Shown: positions 37,079 to 49,223 of the stretch, piece after piece
Numbering within the stretch: position 1 is the first letter of the stretch
Layout of the letters: each line of letters begins with the position of its first letter
Source: Squalus acanthias
Taxonomy: Eukaryota
Direction: 5' to 3'
DNA length: 64,000 nucleotides
Assembly (NCBI GenBank): GCA_030390025.1
Contig: JASTWF010000366.1
Span: forward strand, 186,001 to 250,000
Program-made: the position numbers and the translations under genes
The notes under the pieces: model-generated
Databases searched by the model: none
The model's input: only the letters and a program-made list of their open reading frames with translations
Told to the model about the DNA's origin: nothing

Positions 37079-40000
37079 TTGTATGTAGCACCTTTTTAGT
37101 TGATTAAAGCTTACTTTAAGTTCACCACGCGTAAGGCTCATTCTTACGACAATTTAATCAACTTTGGAAAACTTCGCACTCAAACTTTTTGGACGAACTC
37201 GGAACGAAGGATCCAGGGAATCACCCATCATGGAAAACATCCTTAAACCATCGCGTCTTGACTTGGACCCAAACACCCCAGCAGCCGGTAAGGTGTGGAA
37301 ACACTGGTATCGCACGTTTGACAATTTTCTTGAGTATTGCAAGGCTGATGATGACTCAAAGTTGCGGATACTCATCAACTGTGTCACCCCGAATGTATTT
37401 CAGTATGTGGAGGAATGGGGCAGTTACGAGGAGGCAATTCGGACGCTTAAGAGACTATATACTAAGACACCGAATGAGGTCTATGCCAGACATCTACTAG
37501 CTACAGCCCAACAAGGGCCGGAGGAATCCATTGATAAATTCCTCCAAGAGCTTCGCAGACTTAGTATGGACTGTAACTTTCAGGCGGCCTCAGCTGAGCT
37601 GTACCGTGAAGAAATGATCCGTGATGCTTTCATCTGCGGGCTTGCCTCCCCATTTATACGCCAGCGTCTACTGGAAAGTAAGACACTTGAGCTTCAGAGA
37701 GCTTATGACATGGCTTGCTCTCTAGATCTGGCAAAAAGGAATGCAGACCTTTATACAGTGCCCAGACCTCGGTCTGCTGCCTTAACTACAGTCAGGCAAT
37801 TTAAGAGGCCACAGGTGAACTCTATTAGGGAGGTCTTTATCCCTGACGATCAATCTGATGACTTCACTGATGAAGAGGATGATGACCCCACTGTGGCAGC
37901 CTCTTGGCAATCTAAGAAATGCTTCTTTTGTGGTGATGAGTTTCACCCTCGGAAATTCTGCCCTGCTCGCAATGCGTTTTGCAGTCATTGCAACAAAAAG
38001 GGTCATTTTGCAAAGGTTTGCCTATCAAGAGCCTCTACGAGGGCTTATCAAGCTAAGTCCTACCGAACTGCCCCGGTAAGGGCCTATCAAGATGTTCCGG
38101 CTAACATCTATCGTGCTTCCTCTCGGGTTTCCTCCCGAAGAAACACACCTAGAGTTTCAGCCACTCTTTGTGCAACGACACCAATTACAGCTGCTTGTCC
38201 TCAGAACCTATTCCATGCAGCTACAAAAGCATCAATTAATGGACATACTTTAGATGCCTTAATTGACTCAGGTAGCACTGATAGTTTCATTAGGGAACAG
38301 ATTGTTGCAGAGTTAAAGCTACATGTTTTTCCCATCGGACCAGGCAATTGCGATGGCTCAGTCATCACTTAATACCAGAATTTCTGGCTTTTGTATGGTT
38401 GAAATAACACTTAATGGTCACAGGTATCCCTCCACCCGGCTTTCGGTGCTCAAGGATTTATGTAGTGATCTTATCTTAGGGCTGGATTTTCAAAAGCAGC
38501 ATAAGAAGCTCACCATTGAGTTCGGCGGATCCAAACCTGAACTCACTATTTCTAATATACGACCTCGATTACCGTTCTGTGCATTGTCAGCAGCTTCACT
38601 GGATGAACCCTCACTGTTTACCAGTATCCCTCCTCGATGCAAACCGATTATAACAAAGTCACGACGTTTCAGTCAGGAAGACCAGTCTTTTATTGCGGCT
38701 GAGATTTCTCGGCTTTTAGCAGAGGATATCATCGAGCCTTGTTCATCGCCATGGCGCGCCCAGGTCGTTATTGTTAAGAACCCTCTACAACCTCACAAGA
38801 AACGGCTGTGCATTGACTATTCACAGACCATCAATCAATATACGGACTTGGACGCATACCCATTGCCGCGCATCGATGATATGGTTAATAAACTGGCTGA
38901 GTACACGGTGTTCTCAACATATGATCTGAAAAGTGCCTATCATCAGGTACCCTTGAAGGTCTCCGACAAGCAGTATACGGCCTTTGAAGCCAATGGACGG
39001 CTGTATCAATTTCGTCGCCTCCCCTTTGGGGTCACTAATGGAGTGGCTGTCTTCCAGCGAGCAATGGATGACCTGGTCAAACAGGAAGACTTGAAGGATA
39101 CGTTTCCTTATCTGGACAATATTACTGTCGCAGGTCGCAATCAGCGGGAACATGACGCCAATCTCCAACGATTTTGGGATGCACTCCAGCACCGTAATTT
39201 GACATTAAATGCGGCTAAATCCATTGAGTCACAACCAACCATCAACATCCTTGGCTATTGTGTGGGCAATGGCATCATTAAACCTGACCCTGAAAGGCTT
39301 CGCCCACTCCAAGAACTCCCGCCACCTAAGAATCCGGCCTCCTTGCGCCGGGCCCTCGGCCTGTTTGCATACTATGCTAAATGGATTCCTAACTTCTCGG
39401 ACCGAATCCAACCTCTACTGAAGGCCAGCACATTCCCACTAGACACAGCGGCTTTAACCTCCTGAAAAAACAGTTGGAGAAAGCGGCTCTTCACTCCATC
39501 GATGAGAGTCTTCCTTTTGTTGTTGAGTGTGATGCCTCGGAGGTGGCGATCTCGGCCACTCTGAATCAGGAAGGTCGTCCGGTGGCATTTTTGTCCAGGA
39601 CTTTTCAAGGGGCTGAGCTACATTATCCTCCAGTCGAGAAAGAAGCTACAGCCATCATAGAGGCAGTACGGAAGTGGAGTCATCTCCTAGCTCGCCAGCA
39701 CTTTACCTTAATCACGGACCAGCGATCGGTCGCCTTCATGCTCGATAATCGAAAACGGACCAAAATTAAAAATAATAAAATCCAGCTTTGGCGGCTGGAA
39801 TTGGCCTCTTTTGGTTACACCATCCACTATCGACCTGGCAAGGAGAATGTGGCTCCGGATACCCTCTCACGAGCATTCTGCTCCGCCATGGCACCCTCTA
39901 CGCTCGTAGACATCCATGATGGGTTGTGTCATCCGGGCGTTACTCGCATGCTACACTTCGTGCGGTCCCGAAATCTCCCATTCTCTACTGGGGATGTGAA

Positions 40001-41389
40001 GAAGATGTGCTCGGACTGCAGAGTCTGTGCGGAATTGAAACCTCAGTTTTTCCGCCCCTCGGGTGGTATACTCATACATGCGACCCAGCCAATGCAACGG
40101 CTTAGCATCGATTTTAAGGGGCCGTTGCCCTCTTCAACTCGCAACACTTATCTGTTGACCATGGTCGATGAGTATTCCCGTTTTCCGTTTGCCTTTCCCT
40201 GCCCCAATATGCTGACGACCACGGTTATCAGCTGCCTTGAGCAGGTATTTGCTTTCTGTGGCATGGCATCCTATGTTCATTCGGATCGGGGCCCTTCTTT
40301 TATGTCAGGAGAACTCAAGGCCTATCTCTCGGAACGGGGTATTGCTGCCAGCAGAACGACGCCTTATCATCCGGTCGGGAATGGGCAAGTCGAGCGTTTT
40401 AACGCTATCATCTGGAATGCGGTACGTCTGGCTTTGAGATCTCGGGGCCTACCCAACCAGCAATGGGAAGCAGTACTTCCAGACGCATTACACTCCACAC
40501 GGTCCCTCCTTTCGACCGCCACAAATACGACGCCTCATGAACGGTTCTTCCGATTTCAGCGTCGCTCATCCTATGGGATATCTCTCCCGTCGTGGCTGAC
40601 TACACCGGGACCAGTGCTACTCCGAAGATATGTCCGGGCATCTAAGAATGACCCCCTGGTAGATGAAGTTGAGCTCACTGACGTCAACCCTACCTACGCC
40701 TATATTCGGTATCCTGACGGTCGGGAATCTACCGTGTCATTGCGGGATCTGGCTCCCTGCCCGCCGAAACATAGAGGGACACCAGGGGATGATATTGTAC
40801 CAGGCACATCTCTGGGCTCGCCAGGTGCCTCTCATCACGATCTGGATCTGACGCCGGCTGGTACCTCACTCCAGCGTGCCGACCTGGGACAGACTGACTA
40901 TGAGCCCGTCGGGGCTCGCACGCGCAGCCACGATCCACCCCGTACCGTACGCTCGGAAACGGATCTGCCACAGCCCTGCCCGACACCCGTTCGGGCACCA
41001 GTACACAGTCAGGATCATCCTGACCCCTCACAGAGCGGGCTGGATCACTCGGACTCTGGTCCACGGCCCGCGGCGGGTAAACGGGCTAGGGGCCCTCTAC
41101 CGCAACGAGAACCCAAACGGGTGCGGCTCTCCCTCATCCAGCGGCTACGAAATGGAGGGAGCATCCCGGCCTCCTAATCTTTTGGGGGGGGAGAATGTGG
41201 TAACACAATACAGCTTCCTGTGACTCGAACTTTATTGCATCACTTCCTGTGATTAGTCCAGGATAAATACTGGACTGATCAGTTGAATCCTGGAGAGGCA
41301 TAGAGTAAGACCTCTTTTGTATGTAGCACCTTTTTAGTTGATTAAAGCTTACTTTAAGTTCACCACGCGTAAGGCTCATTCTTACGACA
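37079..41389 (+). mobile_element. Ty3/Gypsy LTR retrotransposon (Mag-like Gag), 5' LTR truncated
   Basis: Domain order gag-PR-RT-RH-IN. 3' LTR 41196-41389 (TGTGGTAA...TTACGACA), PPT 41184-41195. The 5' LTR remnant 37079-37151 is identical to 41317-41389. Confidence 0.95.
37230..41177 (+). pseudogene. Gypsy gag-pol polyprotein broken by two frameshifts (about 38330 and about 39452)
   Basis: Gag IRDAFICGL..IRQRLLE with two Cys/His knuckles. Protease LIDSGS. RT YDLKSAYHQ, PFGV, YLDN. RNase H CDAS, VEKEA, TDQ. Integrase H..H..C..C, IDFKG, HSDRG, GQVERFN. Confidence 0.9.
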
Positions 41390-44300
41390 CTAACAACATC
41401 CCAATAATGGATAATCAAAGGGCCACAGGGAGTGGGGAACTAAAGACAATCACTATCACTAAGGAAATAGTACTCGGTAAAATAATGGGACTAAAAGACG
41501 ACAAGTCCCCTGGACCAGATGGCCTGCATCCCAGGGTCTTAAAAGAAGTGGCTGCAGAGATAGTGGATGCATTGGTTGCAATATACCAAAATTCCCTGGA
41601 CTCTGGAGAGGTCCCAGCGGATTGGAAAACCGCTAATGTAACACCCCTATTTAAGAAAGGAGGGAGACAGAAAGCAGGAAACTATAGACCAGTTAGCCTA
41701 ACATCTGTCGTTGGGAAAATGCTGGAGTCCTTCATTAAGGAAGCAGTAGCAGGGCATTTAGAAAAACACACTGCAGTCAAACAGAGTCAGCATGGTTTTA
41801 GGAAAGGGAAATCATGTTTAACAAATTTGCTGGAGTTCTTTGAGGATGTAACAAGCAGGGTGGACAAGGGTGAACCAGTGGATGTGGTGTATTTGGATTT
41901 CCAGAAGGCATTAGATAAGGTGCCACATAAAAGGTTACTGCAAAAGATAAGAGCTCACGGAGTTGGGGGTAATATATTAGCATGGATAGAGAATTGGCTA
42001 ACTAACAGAAAGCAGAGAGTCGGGATAAATGGGTCATTTTCTGGTTGGCAAACGGTAACTAGTGGGGTGCCACAAGGATCGGTGCTGGGGCCCCAACTAT
42101 TTACAATCTACATTAATGACTTGGATGAAGGGACCAAGTGTAATGTAGCCAAGTTTGCGGATGATACAAAGATGGGTGGGAAAGCAAGTTGTGCAGAGGA
42201 CTCAAAGAATCTGCAAAGGGATATAGACAGGCTAGGTGAGTGGGCAAACATTTGGCAGATGGAGTATAATGTGGGAAAGTGCGAGGTTATCCGCTTTGGC
42301 AGGAAAAATAAAAAAGCAAACTATTATTTAAATGGAGAGAGATTACAAAATGCTACAGTTCAGAGGGACCTGGGGGTCCTTGTGCATAAAACACAAAAAG
42401 TTAGCATGCAGGTACAGCAAGTAATCAAAAAGGCAAATAGAATGTTGGCCTTTATTTCAAGGGGGTTGGAGTATAAAAACAGGGAAGTCCTGCTACAACT
42501 GTACAAGGTATTGGTGAGACCACACCTTGAGTACTGCATACAGTTTTGGTCTCCTTATTTAAAAGGAAGGATATACTTGCATTGGAGGCAGGTCAGAGAC
42601 GATTCACTAGGTTAATTCCAGAGATGAGGGGTTTGACTTATGAGGAAAGGTTGAGCAGGTTGGGCCTATACTCATTGGAATTTAGAAGAATGAGAGGTGA
42701 TCTTATCGAAACATATAAGATACTGAGGGGGCTCGACAGGATAGATGCAGAGAGGATGTTTCCCCTCATGGGGAAATCTAGAACTCGGGGGCACAGTCTC
42801 AGAATAAAGGGTCGCCCTTTTAGAACTGAAATGAGGAGGAACTTCTTCTCTGAGGGTCGTAAATTTGTGGAATTCTCTGCCCCAGAGAGCTGTGGAGGCT
42901 GGGTCATTAAATACATTTAAAGTGGAGATAGACAAATTTTTGCAAGATAAGGGAGTGAAGGGTTATGGGGAGCGCCTTTGAGCCCAAGATCAGCCATGAT
43001 CTTATTGAATGGCAGAGCAGGCGCGAGGGGCCAAGTGGCCTATTCCTGCTCCTATTTCTTATGTCCTGCATTGAAATCATGATTCATGGCGCCATCCCCT
43101 ACTCAAACTCTCTCCTTCCCAGGACTTCAAAAATATAGAACTCCTTGCCTCCCTCCTAAAGTCTAGAGGCTTTTAAAACTCAAGTTTGGCATAATCCAAC
43201 CATTAATTCTTGATTTATCCTGTCTTCTGAACTACTCGTTTCAACCTTGGTGGTGTCCTGCACTTTGGGTTTAGCCCCTCACCTAGGTTTCTCAAATGAA
43301 TAAAATGGAGAAAAATTAACAACTTTACAAGAGCAACACAATTCTTCTTTTTAAACATAAAAAAGAGGAACTGTAACTGGCAAAAAAACTTGATAAAGAT
43401 CAAACAAGAGAACTGGATTTTTTTCTGATGTGATCAGTCAATTGACCTCTGCTCAGCTCCTCCCCATACACATTAACAGAATATCTTAATTAAATCAATG
43501 CCATTTATAGTGCTAAATATCATACATGTTCCTGTTGCTACAAGTTTCTTGATGCTGTATAACCAGTGCTGTCCTTTGGGTTTCAGACATAGTGTAATGG
43601 TGGGCATTTGAATTTTTTCAGCTCATGTTTACTTGAATGGTGGGAAAAATACTCATACAATTATAGATTTTGTCCTTACAGACTTGACTTGTGTCCCGAA
43701 TAAGCTATCGATTACTGGGGTGAACTATTGGTGTTTACACATCTGTCATTAGTGGCGGCAGTGACAATTTGAAATTAACTCAAAGTATCACACAAAAAGC
43801 ATATTGGCTTAAGCATTACTTTCTGTTTTGCTCTAATGTATTGGTAACACATGCTTAGTGAGAATTTGAGCACCTATGTCCTGTCAGCTTTATTCCTTTT
43901 TTAATCTTTATCTCACCTGCACTCATCCAGCGGTCAGGAGTACGGTAACAAAAGCCACCATTTTTTCATCTGATATGATTACAAATATTAGGGTTTTTTA
44001 AACAACAAAAAGCTGGCAGTGTCATTATTTGGATTTTGATGTTCATGAACAATCAGAAATACATCAGGACCATTTGACAGAATTACTGCCATCTATTTAC
44101 TCCTTGACACGTTATTTAACCACTTTTTTTTCCCCCCGTGAGTTTCTGCTCTGCAGAGTTTAAAAGGAAAGTATACAAATTGACTGCTTCCCACATAAAC
44201 ATCCTTTTTTGTCTTGGAGTCTTTAAAAATAAAAATCACTTAACCCTCATTTTTTTTAAATGTAAGGATCACTTCCATGACTAACGGGCTAAATCACACA

Positions 44301-44426
44301 AATTAAGCATTTGATAGACTAGCGACAGATAAACTGCGCTTGGACTTCATGCTTTAAAGTTTTTGTCCAACAACTTTTTTTTTCTTATCATTTGCTTTAT
44401 TTGACTTGTTAAGATTAATAGAACAC

Positions 44427-44712
44427 TTAGAAACATAGACATAGAAAAATAGGAGCAGGAGTAGGCCATTCGGCCCTTGGAGCCTGCTCCGCCATTCAAT
44501 ATGATCATGGTTGATCCTCTATCTCAATACCATATTCCCGCTCTCTGCCCATACCCCTTGATGCCTTTTGCGTCTAGAAATCTATCTATCGCCATCTTAA
44601 ATATATTCAGCGACTTGGCCTCCACAGCCTTCTGTGGTAGAGAATTTCTATAGGTTCACCACCCTCTGAGTGAAGAAATTTCTCATCTCAGTCCTAAATG
44701 TCCTACCCCTTA
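44427..44712 (-). mobile_element. Short CR1 3' end
   Basis: Homologous to 12015-12310, with microsatellite tail. Confidence 0.85.
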
Positions 44713-45929
44713 GTTGGGAAAATGTTTGTTTCCTACATGTTCCTTTCCCTTTAAAGTAGGGCTGCCACCTTTTGTTTGCCCCAAGCCCAGATGGGCTGCA
44801 GAAATGTGGACAGAGCAGCTTTTTAAAAAAAAAAATCAAGCAACTGAAAAATTTACTTTTGCTGCCTAGTTTTCAGTTATGAAAATTGCCCAGTAGCCAC
44901 CCCTTGAATATTGGATATTGTTCAAAATGGGACATGCGGGTACCTACTTCAAAAGCACAACCTGTACAAACACATATAGAGAAAGCTTTTTAAGTTTTTC
45001 AAACATTTATGTACAAAATCTGTACTAAGTGCATTGCTTGATGATACCATCATAAAGATAATTCCCTTCTCCTTACCATGAAGATAACACTACTTCAAAA
45101 TCAAATGCAAAAGGAATTGATATGCAATGCAATGTCAACAAACCGACCTGAGTGACACTACAGTTGCCATTTTATGCCAAGTATAAAACCAGACTTTAGC
45201 AGAATTCTCAACTACATTCTCTCTTTTAATGGGGTACATCAAAGAGACAGCTAGGGACAGGGTTGACACCCATCTGCTTCGAACTGGATAGTGAGGTTTT
45301 TGAGTGGGTTGTTTGTAAATTTCTAAAATGTAAATCGTACACCAAATGTCTTTATTTTTAAAGCAGAAGTCCGTTTTCCACTTACTTTGGTGGCTTGCAA
45401 TACAGAAGCATTAATTATTAATATTTTCATGAATTTTCATCAACACCAAAGAAAACATCAGAACTCAAACTGTGATCCCATCACACTCCTTTACCCTGTC
45501 CCCATACAGTTTTGGATATGGCAAAGGGTCTCAATCAAAGCTGGGGAGAACATAAAATACAGCATAAGTCACACATTTCATCTCTGCACCAGTCAATTAA
45601 AACGTGACGGCAGATCAAGAGAAGAAGTATCTAAAATGGCACCAAGGCTACAAGTAGGAAACGAGAGTTTAACTTTTTGGTGTCCAGTTTACCTTTTAGG
45701 CAGTTATTCCCCCCAGAGAGCCGCTTATAGGAATCCAAGGTGATCACTGGTGAACTGGTGTTGTTTGTATTCACACTATTAAAGCAACAAAAAAAGCTGA
45801 ATCAGATTATTTAAAAATAGCAATTGGCGTGTGAAGTAATGCAATGTTAGGGTGACCTGTAATCCTCTGTCTTTGTGTAAATACCTGGCGTAGTTGTGCT
45901 TTTGCTTCACTTGTCAATCATGCAGAAAT

Positions 45930-46300
45930 ACCCGAGGCGGAAAGCAGCTGGACCGCAGCAAGCACCACCTGAATCAACAAGAATAACCGACAAACCCCTG
46001 AGCGCAAGTCACGTGTGCCGACAGCAGACACCACCTGGCGAAGCAGGCGTGCACACACTTTCACTGCGCCATTTCCATTTTGTTGCATGATACGCTATAT
46101 TTTATTAATTTGGAAATTTATATTTACTGGGAAGACAGTCGCGGCGCCGCTTCCGGGTACACGCTCCTTCCCTAAGATGGCGCCGCCGAATATCCAGCTC
46201 GGGTCCCGAGACAAGGCCGGGACGCCACGCATGCGCAGCACCGGAACGGCCGGCTGCCTCACGTGATGCAACAAACTGCGCCAGAAACTCCGGGACGTGG
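45930..46300. promoter_or_regulatory. CpG-rich housekeeping-type promoter, probably of the ATG4C-like gene
   Basis: Non-repeat CpG cluster upstream of the first coding exon. Motifs: ETS CTTCCGG (46150) and CCGGAA (46241), YY1-like AAGATGGCG (46174) and GCGCCATTT (about 46066), NRF1-like CGCATGCGCA (46228), E-boxes GTCACGTG (46008) and TCACGTGA (46259). Assignment to ATG4C is inferred. Confidence 0.65.
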
Positions 46301-46301
46301 A

Positions 46302-46969
46302 GTATCACATACTGCATAACAGGGATTAGCACTATAATGTAGATTACACACACTGTAAATGTATCATACTGCATAACAGGGATTAGCAATATAATGTAGA
46401 TTACACACTGTAAATGTATCATACTGCATAACAGGGATTAGCAATATAATGTAGATTACACACACTGTAAATGTATCATACTGCATAACAGGGATTAGCA
46501 ATATAATGTAGATTACACACTGTAAATGTATCATACTGCATAACAGGGATTAGCAATATAATATAGATTACACACACTGTAAATGTATCATGTACTGCAT
46601 AACAGGGATTAGCAATATAATATAGATTGCACACTAAATGTATCATATACTGCATAACAGGGATTAGCAAAATAATATAAATTATATATACTCTAAATGT
46701 ATCATATACTGCATAACAAATTAGCAATATAATATAGATTGTACATATTACAGTGCAGATTGTATATACTGTAATTGTATCATATACTACTTAATGGCTC
46801 AGCAATATAATATGCATTGTTTATACTGTAATATAGATTGTATATACTGTAAATGTATCATACTGCATAACAGGGCTCAGCAAAATAATATGGATTATAC
46901 ATAATGTAATATAGATTGTATATACTGTAAATGTATCATATACTGCTTAACAGAGATCAGCAATGTAAT
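46302..46969. repeat. AT-rich minisatellite, 55/57-bp units, decaying to the right
   Basis: Unit GTATCATACTGCATAACAGGGATTAGCAATATAATGTAGATTACACA(CA)CTGTAAAT starts at 46361, 46416, 46473, 46528 and 46585. Confidence 0.93.
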
Positions 46970-47671
46970 GGCCCAGATTTTACGGTGGTAATGACGGTGA
47001 AACTGTCAGCGTTCACCCTCATTACCCCTCTGAAACTGACAACTTCAGGATTTAACGCATGCGCAGATAAACGCAGAAATCCAGAAATTGCGGTCAGTCA
47101 TTTCCTGCTCCGCCACAGGTTGCGCTGTGCAACTCCCCAGAGCCGGCAATCAATTCAAATCACTTGAACTGACAAAAACTTCCACTTTTACAATGGAATA
47201 TCGCTGTAAAAAAAAAATTAAACATTATGCCTTGTTGAAAGAGGTGTAACTTTTTTTTTAACAGCTTACTGACAGCTGAACAACCATTCTGGCCCTGAAA
47301 AACTAATTTTATATTTGAGGAATGTCAAATTTTTCCATTAATCAATGAAGAATTACAAGTTTTTAATACAATTTTTTTATCGTTTGTTTATGATATTTCA
47401 GCTTCTACCTTAATCCTATGTTTATGTCCCAATCTTTATTTCGCCCTGTAAAATTTATTAAAAGTAAATTATAATCTGTGTAGTTTACTTCCTGGTTTGC
47501 TGTCTGTGAGAATTCTTCAATGTGATTGGCTGCTTGGCCAGCTTGATGACATCACTGCTGCTGGACGATGGTGATTCATTTGATTTGGCACCAGATTCAA
47601 ACTAAGGTTAGGAGAGCTGAAATTAATGCCACAGAGATCACTAGATCGCCGCTGACCGCAAATTCCGAGCC
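46970..47671. mobile_element. Older Harbinger-type MITE
   Basis: Imperfect TIRs GGCCCAGATTTTACGG / CCGCAAATTCCGAGCC. AT-rich core and CGCATGCGCAG motif as in the other MITEs. Flanks AAT and AGT. Confidence 0.65.
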
Positions 47672-47687
47672 AGTATAAATTATACAT

Positions 47688-49223
47688 CCCCAGGCCCTGA
47701 TAATCTACATCCTAGGGTACTTAAGGAAGTGGCCCTGGAAATAGTAGATGCATTGCTGGTCATCTTCCAAAATTCTATAGACTCTGGAACAGTTCCCATG
47801 GATTGGAGGGTAGCTAATGTAACCCCACTATTTAAAAAAGGTGGTAGAGAAAAAACAGGGAATTATAGACCGGTAAGCCTGACATCGGTAGTGGGCAAAA
47901 TGCTAGAGTCCATTATAAAAGATGTAATAGCAGAGCACTTGGAAAACAGTGACAGGATCGGACAAAGTCAACATGGATTTACAAAAGGTAAATCATGCCT
48001 GACTAATCTACTGGAATTTTTTGAGGATGTAACTGGTAGAATAGATAAGGGAGAACCAGTGGATGTGGTGTATTTGTACTTTCAGAAGGCTTTCGATAAG
48101 GTCCCGCATAAGAGATTAGCGTGCAAAGTTAAAGCACATGGGATTGGGGGTAAGGTACTGATTTGGATAGAGAACTGGTTGGCAGACAGGAAGCAAAGAG
48201 TTGGAATAAACGGGTCTTTTTCCGAGTGGCAGGCAGTGACTAGTGGGGTACCGCAGGGATCGGTGCTAGGACCCCAGCTATTCACAATATATATTAATGA
48301 TCTAGACGAGGGAACTAGATGTAATATCTCTAAGTTTGCAGACGACACAAAGCTGGGTGGGCATGTGTGCTGTGAGGAGGATGCAGAGAAACTCCAGTAT
48401 GATTTGGACAGGTTGGGTGATTGGGCAGATGCATGGCAGATGCAGTAATAATGTGGATAAATGCGAGGTTATCCACTTTGGTGGCAAAAACAGGAAGACC
48501 GAAAAGGGGAAGTGCAACGAGATCTGGGAGTCCTTGTGCACCAGTCGCTGAAGGTAAGCATGCAGGTGCAGCAGGCGGTTAAGAAGGCAAATGGTATGTT
48601 GGCCTTCATAGCAAGAGGATTCGAGGACAGGAGCAAGGAGGTCTTGCTGCAGTTGTACAGGGCCTTGGTGAGACCACACCTTGAGTATTGTGTGCAGTTT
48701 TGGTCGCCTTATCTGAGGAAGGATGTTCTTGCCATGGAGGGAGTGCAGCGAAGATTTACCAGACTGATACCTGAGATGGCAGGAATGACGTATGAAGAGA
48801 GATTGGGTCGATTAGGCTTATATTCGCTAGAGTTTAGAAGAATGAGAGGGGATCTCATTGAAACTTATAAAATTCTAACAGGACTAGACAGACTAGATGC
48901 AGGAAGGATGTTCCCGATGGCGGAGGAGTCCAGAACCAGGGGTCACAGTCTAAGGATAAGGGGTAAGCCATTTAGGACTGAGATGAGGAATTTCTTCACC
49001 CAGAGAGTGGTGAACCTGTGGAATTCTCTACCACACAAGGCAGTTGAGACCAATTCATTAAATATATTCAAGAAGGAGATAGATATATTTCTTAAGGCTA
49101 AAAGGATCAAGGGATATGGGGAGAAAGGGACAGGGTACTGAATTTGGATGATCAGCCATGATCTCATTAAATGGCGGAGCAGGCTCGAGGGGCCGAATGG
49201 CCTACTCCTGCTCCTATCTTCTT
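47688..49223 (+). mobile_element. 5'-truncated CR1 LINE
   Basis: RT ORFs 47729 and 48461. Same subfamily as 24657-26000. Confidence 0.92.

Larger units (their letters stand above)
36420..43065 (+). mobile_element. 5'-truncated CR1 LINE split by a Gypsy element
   Basis: ORF2 pieces 36423-37078 and 41390-42.9 kb are collinear with the CR1 at 5.7-8.8 kb. Confidence 0.92.

Noticed and set aside
38320..38340. Programmed frameshift between Gypsy ORFs at GTTTTTCCC
   Set aside because: The shift is +1 and falls inside the protease domain, after the DSG motif. A one-base indel in a T run, or a sequencing error, explains it better. The break near 39452 also looks like a small deletion.
43917..43969. 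Possible 53-nt 5' UTR exon with CAG|GTGAGA donor
   Set aside because: The acceptor is weak. It cannot be told apart from chance splice signals without transcripts.
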